Shown here one piece after another: positions 10,759-19,409 of a stretch of DNA of 28,434 nucleotides. The stretch covers positions 16,248-44,681 of the forward strand of contig JBFXGX010000013.1 in the NCBI GenBank assembly GCA_050177605.1, given 5' to 3'. This DNA comes from Candidatus Izemoplasmatales bacterium. Its GTDB lineage: Bacteria; Bacillota_I; Bacilli_A; Izemoplasmatales; Hujiaoplasmataceae. Both the position numbers and the translations under genes were made by a program. The notes beneath the pieces were generated by a model. That model worked only from the letters and a program-made list of their open reading frames with translations, did not search any database and was not told where the DNA came from. Position 1 is the first letter of the stretch, and every line of letters begins with the position of its first letter.

Positions 10759-12258
10759 TTATTTCAAATAAAGTGCTGAATATTTTTCTTTTAGGTACTT
10801 CACATAATACATTGCATTGAATGGTTCACCAGTAACGTCAAGTAATAATTCTTTTGGTGATTTAGAACTACCGTACTTGTGTATTTTTTCTCTCAGCCAA
10901 GCGTTAATTTGTTTGATTTCACCTTGTTCAATTAAACTCTCAATGTCTAAGTCTTTTTTCATTGTATAGTAGAATTGTGCTGCATAAGCAGATCCTAATA
11001 CATAGGTAGGAAAATATCCAATCATTCCACCACTCCAATGAACATCTTGAAGTACTCCTTCGCTCATCTTTGTTGGTCGAATACCAAGGTAAGCAACCAT
11101 TAAATCGTCCCAAGCGGCAGGTAATTCATCGACCGTGAGTGATCCGTCAATGAGTTGTTTTTCTAAATCATAACGTAACATAATATGCATTGGATAGGTG
11201 AGTTCATCTGCTTCAACACGAATGAAGGAAGCTTCTACTTTATTGGCTGCTTTATAGAAATCTTCAAGTGAAACATCTTTTAACTCTTCTTTGAAGATGG
11301 ATTGAAGTTTTGGATAATGTGTTTTCCAGAAAGAATAAGAACGACCAATCATATTTTCAAAGAATCTTGATTGGGATTCATGGATTCCCATCGATGTTCC
11401 ACCGTTTAGAAGTGTATCATCAAATTCAGTTGAGATTTGTTGTTCATAGGTCCCGTGCCCGAGTTCGTGAATTGCTGCGAAGATGGATGAAAACATATAG
11501 TTTTCTAAGTATCTCGTAGTAAAACGAACATCTTCTGGGCTCGTATTCCATGTGAATGGATGTACTGATTTTTTCATCAACCCATAGTTGCGGTTAAAGG
11601 CAACAACATCAATCAGATAATCACAGAATTCTTCTTGTTTTTTCTTATCGAAGAAAGCTGTCATAAATGCATCATTTTCTTGTTTCTTGACATTCAATAC
11701 TTCTTTAACAAAAGGAACGAGATCTTTTCTTAATGTATCAAAGAATTCATCAAATTCTTTCATCGTCATTCCTTCTTCATATTCATCGAGAAGGACATTG
11801 TATGGGAGATCATCAATTTCATAATAATTCACAAACTTCTTTGTGTAATCAATGATTTGTTTAAGATAAGGTTTAAATAACTCATAATCTTCTTTATCTT
11901 TAGCTTCTTCCCAAATGTTCTCAGAGATTTGTGCTAATTTTTGGTAAGCAACATAATCTTCTTCTGGGATTTTAACAACCTTATCGATATTCTTTTTTGC
12001 TTTTTCGATTTCTCTTTTTAATAGCGGATCGAGTGATTCTTTTTGTTCAAATAGCTGATTCACTACTGAAACTGTGTGTTCGCCTGTTTGAAGGCGGAAG
12101 GATTCCGCGCTCAGAATTCCCATCATTTCAGCTCTTCTTGGGAAAGAACCTTTAGGTGCTTCTGTCGCACTATCCCATCCCACAAGACTCATAACATAGT
12201 TATAAGCTTTTATTTTTTTTACGATTTCTCTAAATTCTTTGACTAATTCCAATTTCAT
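10759..12258 (-). CDS. Carboxypeptidase, peptidase family M32 (Taq type)
   Basis: HPF, DVRFTTRY, HELGH, HESQSRF, IRVEADE, QDVHW and GYFPTY motifs. RBS GAGGTG before ATG 12258; extended -10 TGATATAAT at 12280-12272. Confidence 0.95.
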   Translation of the reverse strand: MKLELVKEFREIVKKIKAYNYVMSLVGWDSATEAPKGSFPRRAEMMGILSAESFRLQTGEHTVSVVNQLFEQKESLDPLLKREIEKAKKNIDKVVKIPEEDYVAYQKLAQISENIWEEAKDKEDYELFKPYLKQIIDYTKKFVNYYEIDDLPYNVLLDEYEEGMTMKEFDEFFDTLRKDLVPFVKEVLNVKKQENDAFMTAFFDKKKQEEFCDYLIDVVAFNRNYGLMKKSVHPFTWNTSPEDVRFTTRYLENYMFSSIFAAIHELGHGTYEQQISTEFDDTLLNGGTSMGIHESQSRFFENMIGRSYSFWKTHYPKLQSIFKEELKDVSLEDFYKAANKVEASFIRVEADELTYPMHIMLRYDLEKQLIDGSLTVDELPAAWDDLMVAYLGIRPTKMSEGVLQDVHWSGGMIGYFPTYVLGSAYAAQFYYTMKKDLDIESLIEQGEIKQINAWLREKIHKYGSSKSPKELLLDVTGEPFNAMYYVKYLKEKYSALYLK

Positions 12259-12292
12259 CACCTCAAGCATTATTATATCATCATTCATTACT

Positions 12293-13246
12293 TTAATGGA
12301 TTTTTATCTCTCCAGAAAGTGATTTTTGGCTGATAATTCTTATTGATTTTGTCTTATCTTCGTTGCGAATTGAAATATCTCCACTGACAGATTGTAGTCT
12401 AATTGCTTCTGGATAAAATTCTTTAGCACTCATATCTCCACTAACTGTTTGGAAATGACATTCCCTGCATTTCATCGTATTGACACTTAAGTCTCCACTG
12501 ACGGTATTAAACACGACATCTCCTTCAATATCAACATGATTGAATTTAACATCGCCGTTCACATTGGATAAACGAAGGTCATTCGATTCAAAGTTTGTGA
12601 TTTTAAGATCACCATTTACATTGTCAAATTTGAAACTTTTCGTTTTCATATTGGTGAAGACTAAATCGCCGTTCGTGCTTTTTAAAACAAAGCTATCACA
12701 TTTTAAATTATCAACGGTAATATCAGAATTCACTGAATGTAATGAAGTTAGTAAAATCGAAACATCTGGTACTTTGATTAAAAACTCAAATTCGTTATGA
12801 CTGAAAAAGAATAGGCTCGATCTGATTTGTTTTTTTGATTTAGCATAAAATGTTTGTCCATTCAGTCCAAACTCATAGTCTTCTAGTTTTCCTTTTCCTT
12901 TATAGTAAACTTCAATGTCGTTTGTCTCTGATTTTTCTAGATGATAATCTTCATTCACAAAGTGAATATCTATATTCATTTCAGAATCTAGAACATGAAA
13001 AGATTTGAATAATGTATATTCCTTTGAATTAACAGTGTTTTTTGTTTCAAGTTTTGCAAGATCACTTAAATCGTCCGCAATTTTAGAAGGACGACCAAAT
13101 TTGGTTTCGATTTCTTCTTCACTCAATCCTTCTGCGATTGCTTCATCAATCATTTCTTGATGATCGCTTAATATCTCAGTAATATCCTCTTTAGATAAAC
13201 CTTTACTTTGTAATTCTTTCTCTAGTTCTTCTAAGAACTTCTTCAT
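12293..13246 (-). CDS. DUF1700-like N-terminal domain fused to DUF4097 (adhesin-like beta-repeat) domain
   Basis: FLEELEKEL...DH.EMI.E...GLSEEE....FGRP, then repeated (S/T)(V/T)(N/S)GD(L/I) units. Typical partner of PadR genes. Confidence 0.8.
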   Translation of the reverse strand: MKKFLEELEKELQSKGLSKEDITEILSDHQEMIDEAIAEGLSEEEIETKFGRPSKIADDLSDLAKLETKNTVNSKEYTLFKSFHVLDSEMNIDIHFVNEDYHLEKSETNDIEVYYKGKGKLEDYEFGLNGQTFYAKSKKQIRSSLFFFSHNEFEFLIKVPDVSILLTSLHSVNSDITVDNLKCDSFVLKSTNGDLVFTNMKTKSFKFDNVNGDLKITNFESNDLRLSNVNGDVKFNHVDIEGDVVFNTVSGDLSVNTMKCRECHFQTVSGDMSAKEFYPEAIRLQSVSGDISIRNEDKTKSIRIISQKSLSGEIKIH

Positions 13247-13565
13247 TTTTCTTTCCCCCTTTATTTAGGATTTGATAGACGCCCCCGATAAATTCATCCC
13301 ATTCATCACGTAGGGTTGTATAGTAATCGAGTCCTTTTTTTGTCATTTGATAGTATTTTCGCGGTGCACCGATGCTTGATTCTTCTAAGTAAGTTGTAAA
13401 ATAGCCGTCTTGAGTGAGTCTTCGAAGAATTGGATAAATCGTATTTTCATTTACATCTAGATATTTTGAGATGTTATTGATAATGACATATCCATATAAG
13501 TCTTCTTCTAATAGTTCAGACAAGACACAAAGTTCAATAATTCCACGCTTAAATTGTGAGTTCAT
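13203..13565 (-). CDS. PadR family transcriptional regulator
   Basis: MNSQFKRGIIELCVL, YGY, ENTIYPILRRL and PRKYY motifs. RBS GAGGAGGG before ATG 13565. Confidence 0.92.
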   Translation of the reverse strand: MNSQFKRGIIELCVLSELLEEDLYGYVIINNISKYLDVNENTIYPILRRLTQDGYFTTYLEESSIGAPRKYYQMTKKGLDYYTTLRDEWDEFIGGVYQILNKGGKKNEEVLRRTRERITK

Positions 13566-13584
13566 TCTATCCCTCCTCGAACCC

Positions 13585-13613
13585 ATTATAACACAGTACT
13601 GTGTGGTACACAA
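13585..13613 (-). promoter_or_regulatory. padR promoter containing a palindromic candidate operator
   Basis: Minus strand TTGTGT, 17 bp, TATAAT (extended TGT-TATAAT). The spacer holds the perfect palindrome ACACAGTACTGTGT (13591-13604) and an overlapping GTAC-N6-GTAC. Confidence 0.6.
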
Positions 13614-13625
13614 TACCATTTTTAA

Positions 13626-13657
13626 AGAAATTTAAAAGGAAATCTCTTGATTTCCTT
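13626..13657. repeat. 32-bp direct repeat copy 1, also the hydF terminator
   Basis: AGAAATTTAAAAGGAAATC-TCTT-GATTTCCTT; 28/32 identical to 18093-18124. Confidence 0.7.
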
Positions 13658-13687
13658 AACTTTTATTGAGCGATATTGATTTTTAAA

Positions 13688-14869
13688 TTAACAAAATACT
13701 TTCGTGGTTCTATCAAGAATGTTCGTAAGGTAACTAATTAATACGCCATAGTTAACCATTGGTATATTCAAATCATTCGCTACTTCAATTCTAGATTTCA
13801 TTGTTTTTCGATTTAACATACAACTTCCGCAGTGAATAATTAAGTCATATCCTTGAATCACAGAAGGAAAATCTGCGCCAAGACAAAAATCAATTTGTGG
13901 TTTAAATCCAAGTTTTTGTTCAAGAAGACGAGGGATTTTGATTTGTCCAATATCTTCATGTGATATGTTATGAGAACAACTTTCTACAACCAGAATTTTA
14001 GAGGATGGTGTTAGTTTATCTACAAAGCGCGCACCTTGAAGCAATGTGTTGAAGTCCCCTTTGTACCTTGCGAAAAGCATTGAAAAAGATGTTAACGGAA
14101 TATTATCGGGAACAATTTGATTTACATAATGAAATGCCTGAGAGTCTGTGATTACAATCGCTACATTTTTTGTGATTTGAAGCGCATGTTCTAGTTCTGT
14201 TTCGCGAATCACTAACGCTTGAATTCCATAATCAAGTAAATCTCGAATCACTTGAACTTGAGGAAGAATCATTCTTCCTTTTGGTGCCTCAGAATCAATT
14301 GGACAAACAAGAATTGCGACATCTCCATATTTTAATTGATCCCCAATGATGGATGGCTCTTTAACTTCACCTAATTGTTTAATCAATGTGGATCTTAATT
14401 TCTCGATATCCCTATTCTTAGCACTGACGAAGATGGCTTTTGGATATTTATGAATCAAACTTTCTAACTCTTCTTCACTCACTTGATCACTTTTATTAAA
14501 TACGAGAATGGATGGAATACTTCTTCTTTTTAGCTTCAACTCTAAATTTTCTATGAAAAGATCATCGATATTGTTACTATCTACAACAAGAAGTGCTAAA
14601 TCCGTTTGCATCATCACATGTTCCGATTTCTTGACTCTCATCGAACCTAGTTCTCCAACATCATCCAGTCCTGCTGTATCGATAAAAATCACTGGCCCGA
14701 AAGGAATCAATTCCATTCTTTTTTTGACAGGATCTGTCGTTGTTCCCATCGTATCATGAACCAAAGAAACTTCTTGATTCGCCAGTGCATTCAGCAAGCT
14801 ACTCTTCCCAACGTTTCTTTTCCCAAAAATAGTAATATGTGGTATTAACGCTGTTGGTTGTTTATTCAT
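13688..14869 (-). CDS. hydF: [FeFe]-hydrogenase maturation GTPase HydF
   Basis: GKRNVGKSS P-loop, GTTTDPV, DTAG, NKSD, APKGRMILPQVQ, CSH and HCGSC Fe-S motif. Confidence 0.95.
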   Translation of the reverse strand: MNKQPTALIPHITIFGKRNVGKSSLLNALANQEVSLVHDTMGTTTDPVKKRMELIPFGPVIFIDTAGLDDVGELGSMRVKKSEHVMMQTDLALLVVDSNNIDDLFIENLELKLKRRSIPSILVFNKSDQVSEEELESLIHKYPKAIFVSAKNRDIEKLRSTLIKQLGEVKEPSIIGDQLKYGDVAILVCPIDSEAPKGRMILPQVQVIRDLLDYGIQALVIRETELEHALQITKNVAIVITDSQAFHYVNQIVPDNIPLTSFSMLFARYKGDFNTLLQGARFVDKLTPSSKILVVESCSHNISHEDIGQIKIPRLLEQKLGFKPQIDFCLGADFPSVIQGYDLIIHCGSCMLNRKTMKSRIEVANDLNIPMVNYGVLISYLTNILDRTTKVFC

Positions 14870-16232
14870 ATAAATCTTTTTGTCCTTCCTTGATTTTTAA
14901 AAGATTATCTTCAAGTCTTTTTTTAGTCTTTTCAAACGGAATTTGGTTCACTTCGTTTTGAATAAAATCCCAACCTATATCTTTGAGTTCTTCATCTCCG
15001 TAATTTTGTATATATTCTGCTAAAGATAAAATGGCATTTGGTTGACAAAAGAGATTAATATTTCCAGCTTTGACTGTTTCCATAAACACTTCTCCTGTTC
15101 TTCCTTTTCTGTAACATCCAGTGCAAAACGAAGGAAGATGACCGTAAGATATTAACCATTTAATGACCTCGATAGGAGTTCTTTCGTCTTTTAAAGTAAA
15201 CTGAGACACCTTTTTTGCTTTTTCATTTTCTTGGTAACCACCTACTTCAGTATGAGAACCAGCACTCAGTTGAGTTACTCCTGAATCTATCAGTAACTCT
15301 CTCATCTCTTTGGTTTCTCTTGTGGAAATGATTATTCCGGTATAGGGGACAGCAAGGCGGATTGTAGCAACAATTTTTTTAAATGAAAAGTCATCCACAA
15401 GATATTTGAACTTTTCAGCCGAAACTCCTTCTGCTTTTTGAAGTCTAGGAACACTTATTGTATGAAACCCAACGTGGAATTGTTTCTCAAGTGCTTCATT
15501 ATGCAAAAACAGCGATATGACTTCATAGCGATAATCTGAAAGTCCAAATAAGACCCCTCCACCAACATCATCGATTCCTGCTTCCATAGCACGGTGCATT
15601 GCAAATAATTGTCTTTCATAGTCACTTTTTGGCCCAGAGATATGCATTTTGCGGTAGACATGTTCGTTATATGTTTCTTGGAATAAAATATAGGTACCAA
15701 TTCCCTTTTCTTTCAGTCTTCGATAATTCTCGACGGATGTCGCAGCAATGTTCACGTTGATTCTTCTGATATCTCCAGAACGATAAATTGTATCGATTGC
15801 ATCTAGAACTTCATCGAAAGAACAATTTTCATCATCCTCCCCAGCTTCTAGTGCAATTCGCTTGTGTCCTGCTTTTTCGAGTGCTTTTACTTCGTTAACA
15901 ATTTCTTCTGTGGATAGTTTTCTTCTCGCTATTTTATTTGTTTTTTTGTATCCGCAATATGCGCAGTTATTCACACAATAATTACTGATATATAGCGGTG
16001 CGAAAAGAACAACTCGGTTGCCATAGATCTTCGACTTTATTTCGTTTCCTGCCTGTAAAAGTTCTGATAATAAATCCTCATCAACAATCGATAATAATTT
16101 GGCTACTTCAACATGGCTTAAACCAACGAGTGTTTTTCCCTTTTCTATAATTTCTCTTATTTCTTCTTTTGTAGAAAGAGCTGCCGTTTCTACTAATTGA
16201 TTGATATATTCTTGATTAATAAAGTTATCCAT
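14862..16232 (-). CDS. hydG: [FeFe]-hydrogenase radical SAM maturase HydG
   Basis: FAPLYISNYCVNNCAYC, FQETY, and the C-terminal auxiliary-cluster motif CTGC-X22-C that distinguishes it from ThiH. Confidence 0.95.
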   Translation of the reverse strand: MDNFINQEYINQLVETAALSTKEEIREIIEKGKTLVGLSHVEVAKLLSIVDEDLLSELLQAGNEIKSKIYGNRVVLFAPLYISNYCVNNCAYCGYKKTNKIARRKLSTEEIVNEVKALEKAGHKRIALEAGEDDENCSFDEVLDAIDTIYRSGDIRRINVNIAATSVENYRRLKEKGIGTYILFQETYNEHVYRKMHISGPKSDYERQLFAMHRAMEAGIDDVGGGVLFGLSDYRYEVISLFLHNEALEKQFHVGFHTISVPRLQKAEGVSAEKFKYLVDDFSFKKIVATIRLAVPYTGIIISTRETKEMRELLIDSGVTQLSAGSHTEVGGYQENEKAKKVSQFTLKDERTPIEVIKWLISYGHLPSFCTGCYRKGRTGEVFMETVKAGNINLFCQPNAILSLAEYIQNYGDEELKDIGWDFIQNEVNQIPFEKTKKRLEDNLLKIKEGQKDLYE

Positions 16233-16235
16233 TTG

Positions 16236-17342
16236 CTAATTCCTCCTCATATTGGGATGGTCTCCCCTGCTTAAATCGATTTCGTATCCACTAAGGACGA
16301 TTCTACCTTCAATGCATCCGCGACACTTAATAGACTCATCTGCGATACATATTCGATTCTCATATAATTCATACTTACTCTTAAACTTGGCTTCTGATAT
16401 GCTTGGCATTACAACATTCGCTCCTGATTTTAATGCTTTTTCTCTTCCACCAGGAAATACTGTCCCAAGCGCGGTTGTCGAAGGAAGGAGTGCTTCGGGT
16501 AAAATCAATCTTGTTAACGCAACGCAAACTAAAACTTGGTCAAGCGTTCCACTTGGGAAATCCTTAAAAGGTGTTTTTGAATGCGCAATAAAAGGTCCTA
16601 TTCCAACCATATGAGGTTGTAATTTCTCTAAAAACAGAAAGTCTTCAACTAAGTCCTCATTACTTTGAGTTGGCGAATTCACCATAAATCCTGCTCCGAC
16701 TTGATATCCTATTTCCTTCATATTCCAAAGGCACTCTATCCGGTTCTCAAAACTCATTATTTCAGGATGTAAGTACTCATATAATCTTTTTGATGCGCTC
16801 TCATGTCTTAGTAAATACCTGTCACATCCTGCATCAAAATAGGATTGATAACTCTCTTTGGATTTTTCTCCGATTCCTAAAGTAATTGCAGCGTCAGGAA
16901 ACTCCTTTTTGATGTGACGAATCATTGAACAGATTCTTTCATCTGTAAAATAAGCATCTTCACCAGATTGTAATACGAAAGTTCGATAACCCATATCATA
17001 TCCTTCTTTAGCGTAAGAAAGGATTTCCTCTTCAGTCATTCGAAATCGTTTAGCTTCATGATTGGACATTCTAATTCCACAGTATTTACAGTCCCTTGAA
17101 CAAATATTCGAAAACTCGATCAAACCTCGAAGGTATACACTCGATTGATAGTGTTCCTTTCTAGTCTTATCTGCCATTTTCGTTAAGATATTCAATTCGT
17201 ACTTTGTAATATTATCTAAAATATAGAGATATTCTTCTCTTTTTAAATTTTTCTCTCGGGATAGTTTTTCAAGATAAGAAATAATTGTGTTTTCACAGAT
17301 AGATTGGTTATTTCTCGTCAATTCAAGATTAGGTAGTATCAA
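16236..17342 (-). CDS. hydE: [FeFe]-hydrogenase radical SAM maturase HydE
   Basis: LRGLIEFSNICSRDCKYCGIR, VLQSGED, RYLLRHE, MVGIGPF and GANVVMP motifs; adjacent to hydG/hydF. The TTG start is uncertain. Confidence 0.92.
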   Translation of the reverse strand: MILPNLELTRNNQSICENTIISYLEKLSREKNLKREEYLYILDNITKYELNILTKMADKTRKEHYQSSVYLRGLIEFSNICSRDCKYCGIRMSNHEAKRFRMTEEEILSYAKEGYDMGYRTFVLQSGEDAYFTDERICSMIRHIKKEFPDAAITLGIGEKSKESYQSYFDAGCDRYLLRHESASKRLYEYLHPEIMSFENRIECLWNMKEIGYQVGAGFMVNSPTQSNEDLVEDFLFLEKLQPHMVGIGPFIAHSKTPFKDFPSGTLDQVLVCVALTRLILPEALLPSTTALGTVFPGGREKALKSGANVVMPSISEAKFKSKYELYENRICIADESIKCRGCIEGRIVLSGYEIDLSRGDHPNMRRN

Positions 17343-17371
17343 TTTATCACTTCTTTCTTTTCACCCGAGTT

Positions 17372-17413
17372 ATTATATGATATTATAGAGCCATATATCG
17401 TAACATACGTTAC
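17372..17413. promoter_or_regulatory. Divergent hydE/crp promoter region with palindromic Crp/Fnr-family site GTAAC-ATAC-GTTAC (17400-17413)
   Basis: Minus-strand TATAAT at 17377-17372 puts the palindrome centre at about -41.5. Plus-strand TGATATTAT (17378-17386) is a candidate crp promoter upstream of the same site. Confidence 0.65.
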
Positions 17414-17427
17414 AAAAGGAGTAAAAT

Positions 17428-18081
17428 ATGTTTGATTTAAGTCGCTGCAAATTATTTCGAAGTTCTGAAATAGAAAATCTATCTAAATATTTTAGTATTC
17501 AGGATTATGACGAAAATGCGCTTATTCATTTTGAAGGTGATCTGTGTAATGAGATTAGTATCATCTTGTCTGGAGAGATTGAAATCATCACCTATAATTA
17601 TGATGGTTCCCTTTTTGTCATCTCGTCTCTCGGTGAAGGAAATATCTTTGGAGAGATTCTACTATATAGTTCGTATAAATTTTACATGGGGAATGTGATG
17701 TCCAAAACCAAGGTTTCCATCGCTACTATTACAAAAGAAAAGTTGGAAATGCTTTTCCAACTTGATTCAACCATTTATCATAATTTTATTAATATCGTTT
17801 GTGACAGAGCATTTTCAATGAACACAAGATTAAAACTCATTGGGCAAAAAAGTATTCGAGAAAGAATCAACCATTATATTAATATCCAGCAAACGCTAGG
17901 TTCATCAGATAAAATAACCATTGGAAAATCTAAAGAGGAACTAGCTAGGTTCCTAAATATCCCCCGACCTTCACTTTCAAGAGAACTTCTCTTGATGAAA
18001 CAAGAAGGGATTATCGACTATGATCGCTCTTACATCTACCTTCTCGCACCTCCATTTTGTAATATTATTAAAAATGATTAA
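17428..18081 (+). CDS. Crp/Fnr family transcriptional regulator (HcpR-like)
   Basis: cNMP-binding fold (EGD.C..I.IILSGEI, IFGE) and C-terminal HTH SKEELARFLNIPRPSLSREL. RBS AAGGAG. Confidence 0.9.
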   Translation: MFDLSRCKLFRSSEIENLSKYFSIQDYDENALIHFEGDLCNEISIILSGEIEIITYNYDGSLFVISSLGEGNIFGEILLYSSYKFYMGNVMSKTKVSIATITKEKLEMLFQLDSTIYHNFINIVCDRAFSMNTRLKLIGQKSIRERINHYINIQQTLGSSDKITIGKSKEELARFLNIPRPSLSRELLLMKQEGIIDYDRSYIYLLAPPFCNIIKND

Positions 18082-18092
18082 AAATAATTACT

Positions 18093-18129
18093 AGAAATAT
18101 AAAAGGAAATCGATCGATTTCCTTTTTTT
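18093..18129. repeat. 32-bp direct repeat copy 2, also a bidirectional terminator between crp and the ABC permease
   Basis: AGAAATATAAAAGGAAATC-GATC-GATTTCCTT-TTTTT. Confidence 0.7.
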
Positions 18130-19398
18130 CTACCATGATTTATCTCTTAATAAATAATCTCTGATTGTTTGTTTTTTCATTCGATAGATTGTGCCTAAAT
18201 AAATTAGACTAATGAAAGTAATCATAAGTGCGAATCCAATAACAATCATCCATAGAAACATTGAAATACTAGTAATTAAGTTGATTTGATAGGTAGCTTC
18301 AATGAGATAAGTTATTCCAAAACGGCCCAAAAATTCAATCGGTAACGCTAGTAAAAAAGCGAAAAATCCAAGTTCAAAAAGTTCAATAAGAAGTAATTCT
18401 GATATCTTCTTGTTCGACAGCCCTAAGGTAAGTAATACGCCAGAACTTTTCGAAAACTGACTAAGAAATTTATTCACTGACAGATATAAAATCATGACGA
18501 GTGCAATGCCGATTTGTATTTCCATAATCAAGATAAGACTGTTTAGTATAACTAACATGGAAGCAATATCGCCCATTTGAGTAATCACTGATTCAGCAAA
18601 ATAGATAAAAGAGTATCGGTTAGATAATCCAGAGAATTGTTCAAGCGATAAATACTCGGTAAGAATATACTGATTTACGGGTTCAAACTCTTCGCTATGT
18701 GTAATATAAAAACGATTGGTCATTCCCATATATATTGTAGGATTAAACATATAGTAGTCTATTTTATGCCCAGACAAAGCATAATACTCCGATTTAATGA
18801 TTCCAGAAACAATAAAGGAATCAAGGATTATGGCTTGATGATTGGTTCTACTGGCAATTGTTAATGATTTTCCGATAATATCCGGTGAAAGTCCGAACGA
18901 CTCAAGCATAGGTTCTGAAACTAATATCTCATTGTCGTTCGTTGGAAAACTTCCGATGATTAAATCTTGGCTGGAAAGTTCCATTACGTCATTATTGTTC
19001 AATAAATCATTTGACTGTCCAGCAACAATAGAAAAACTAGTTGACTGATTGGACTCGTAATATATTCCATCGACAGAAATGCTTAGCAAATCTGAAGATA
19101 AATAGTCTAATGATATACCATAAAGTCTCTCTGTTATGGATGCTGGATCAAAATACATAAACGTTTTCTCTTGATACACTACTTTCTCATCTTTAAAATC
19201 AATCTCATCATTTGATAGAATGTAGTTGGATGAATAATAGTCATTCAGTAAACTTATTTGTTTCTCTCTTAAAGATATACTGAATGAAATGGTCAATGTA
19301 ACCAGAACCATAATAATAGTGAAAATAAAAGAAAAAGCAAAACAAACCTTTTTATTGGAGGAAAGATTTCTAATGGATAAAATCAAAACTGATTTCAT
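18130..19398 (-). CDS. FtsX/MacB-family ABC transporter permease 2
   Basis: N-terminal TM, large extracellular domain (GSFPT.DNEILVS), three C-terminal TMs with LLTLGLS.K.I. Confidence 0.8.
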   Translation of the reverse strand: MKSVLILSIRNLSSNKKVCFAFSFIFTIIMVLVTLTISFSISLREKQISLLNDYYSSNYILSNDEIDFKDEKVVYQEKTFMYFDPASITERLYGISLDYLSSDLLSISVDGIYYESNQSTSFSIVAGQSNDLLNNNDVMELSSQDLIIGSFPTNDNEILVSEPMLESFGLSPDIIGKSLTIASRTNHQAIILDSFIVSGIIKSEYYALSGHKIDYYMFNPTIYMGMTNRFYITHSEEFEPVNQYILTEYLSLEQFSGLSNRYSFIYFAESVITQMGDIASMLVILNSLILIMEIQIGIALVMILYLSVNKFLSQFSKSSGVLLTLGLSNKKISELLLIELFELGFFAFLLALPIEFLGRFGITYLIEATYQINLITSISMFLWMIVIGFALMITFISLIYLGTIYRMKKQTIRDYLLRDKSW

Positions 19399-19409
19399 AA
19401 TGCTCCCCC

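Noticed and set aside
12300..12740. Repeated units in the DUF4097 gene
   Set aside because: Ordinary protein-level beta-solenoid repeats (VSGD/VNGD).
14862..17342. Radical SAM genes as RiPP maturases for the 43-aa peptide, or as ThiH/BioB
   Set aside because: Motifs and linkage to hydF identify them as HydG and HydE; there is no SPASM or RRE domain.
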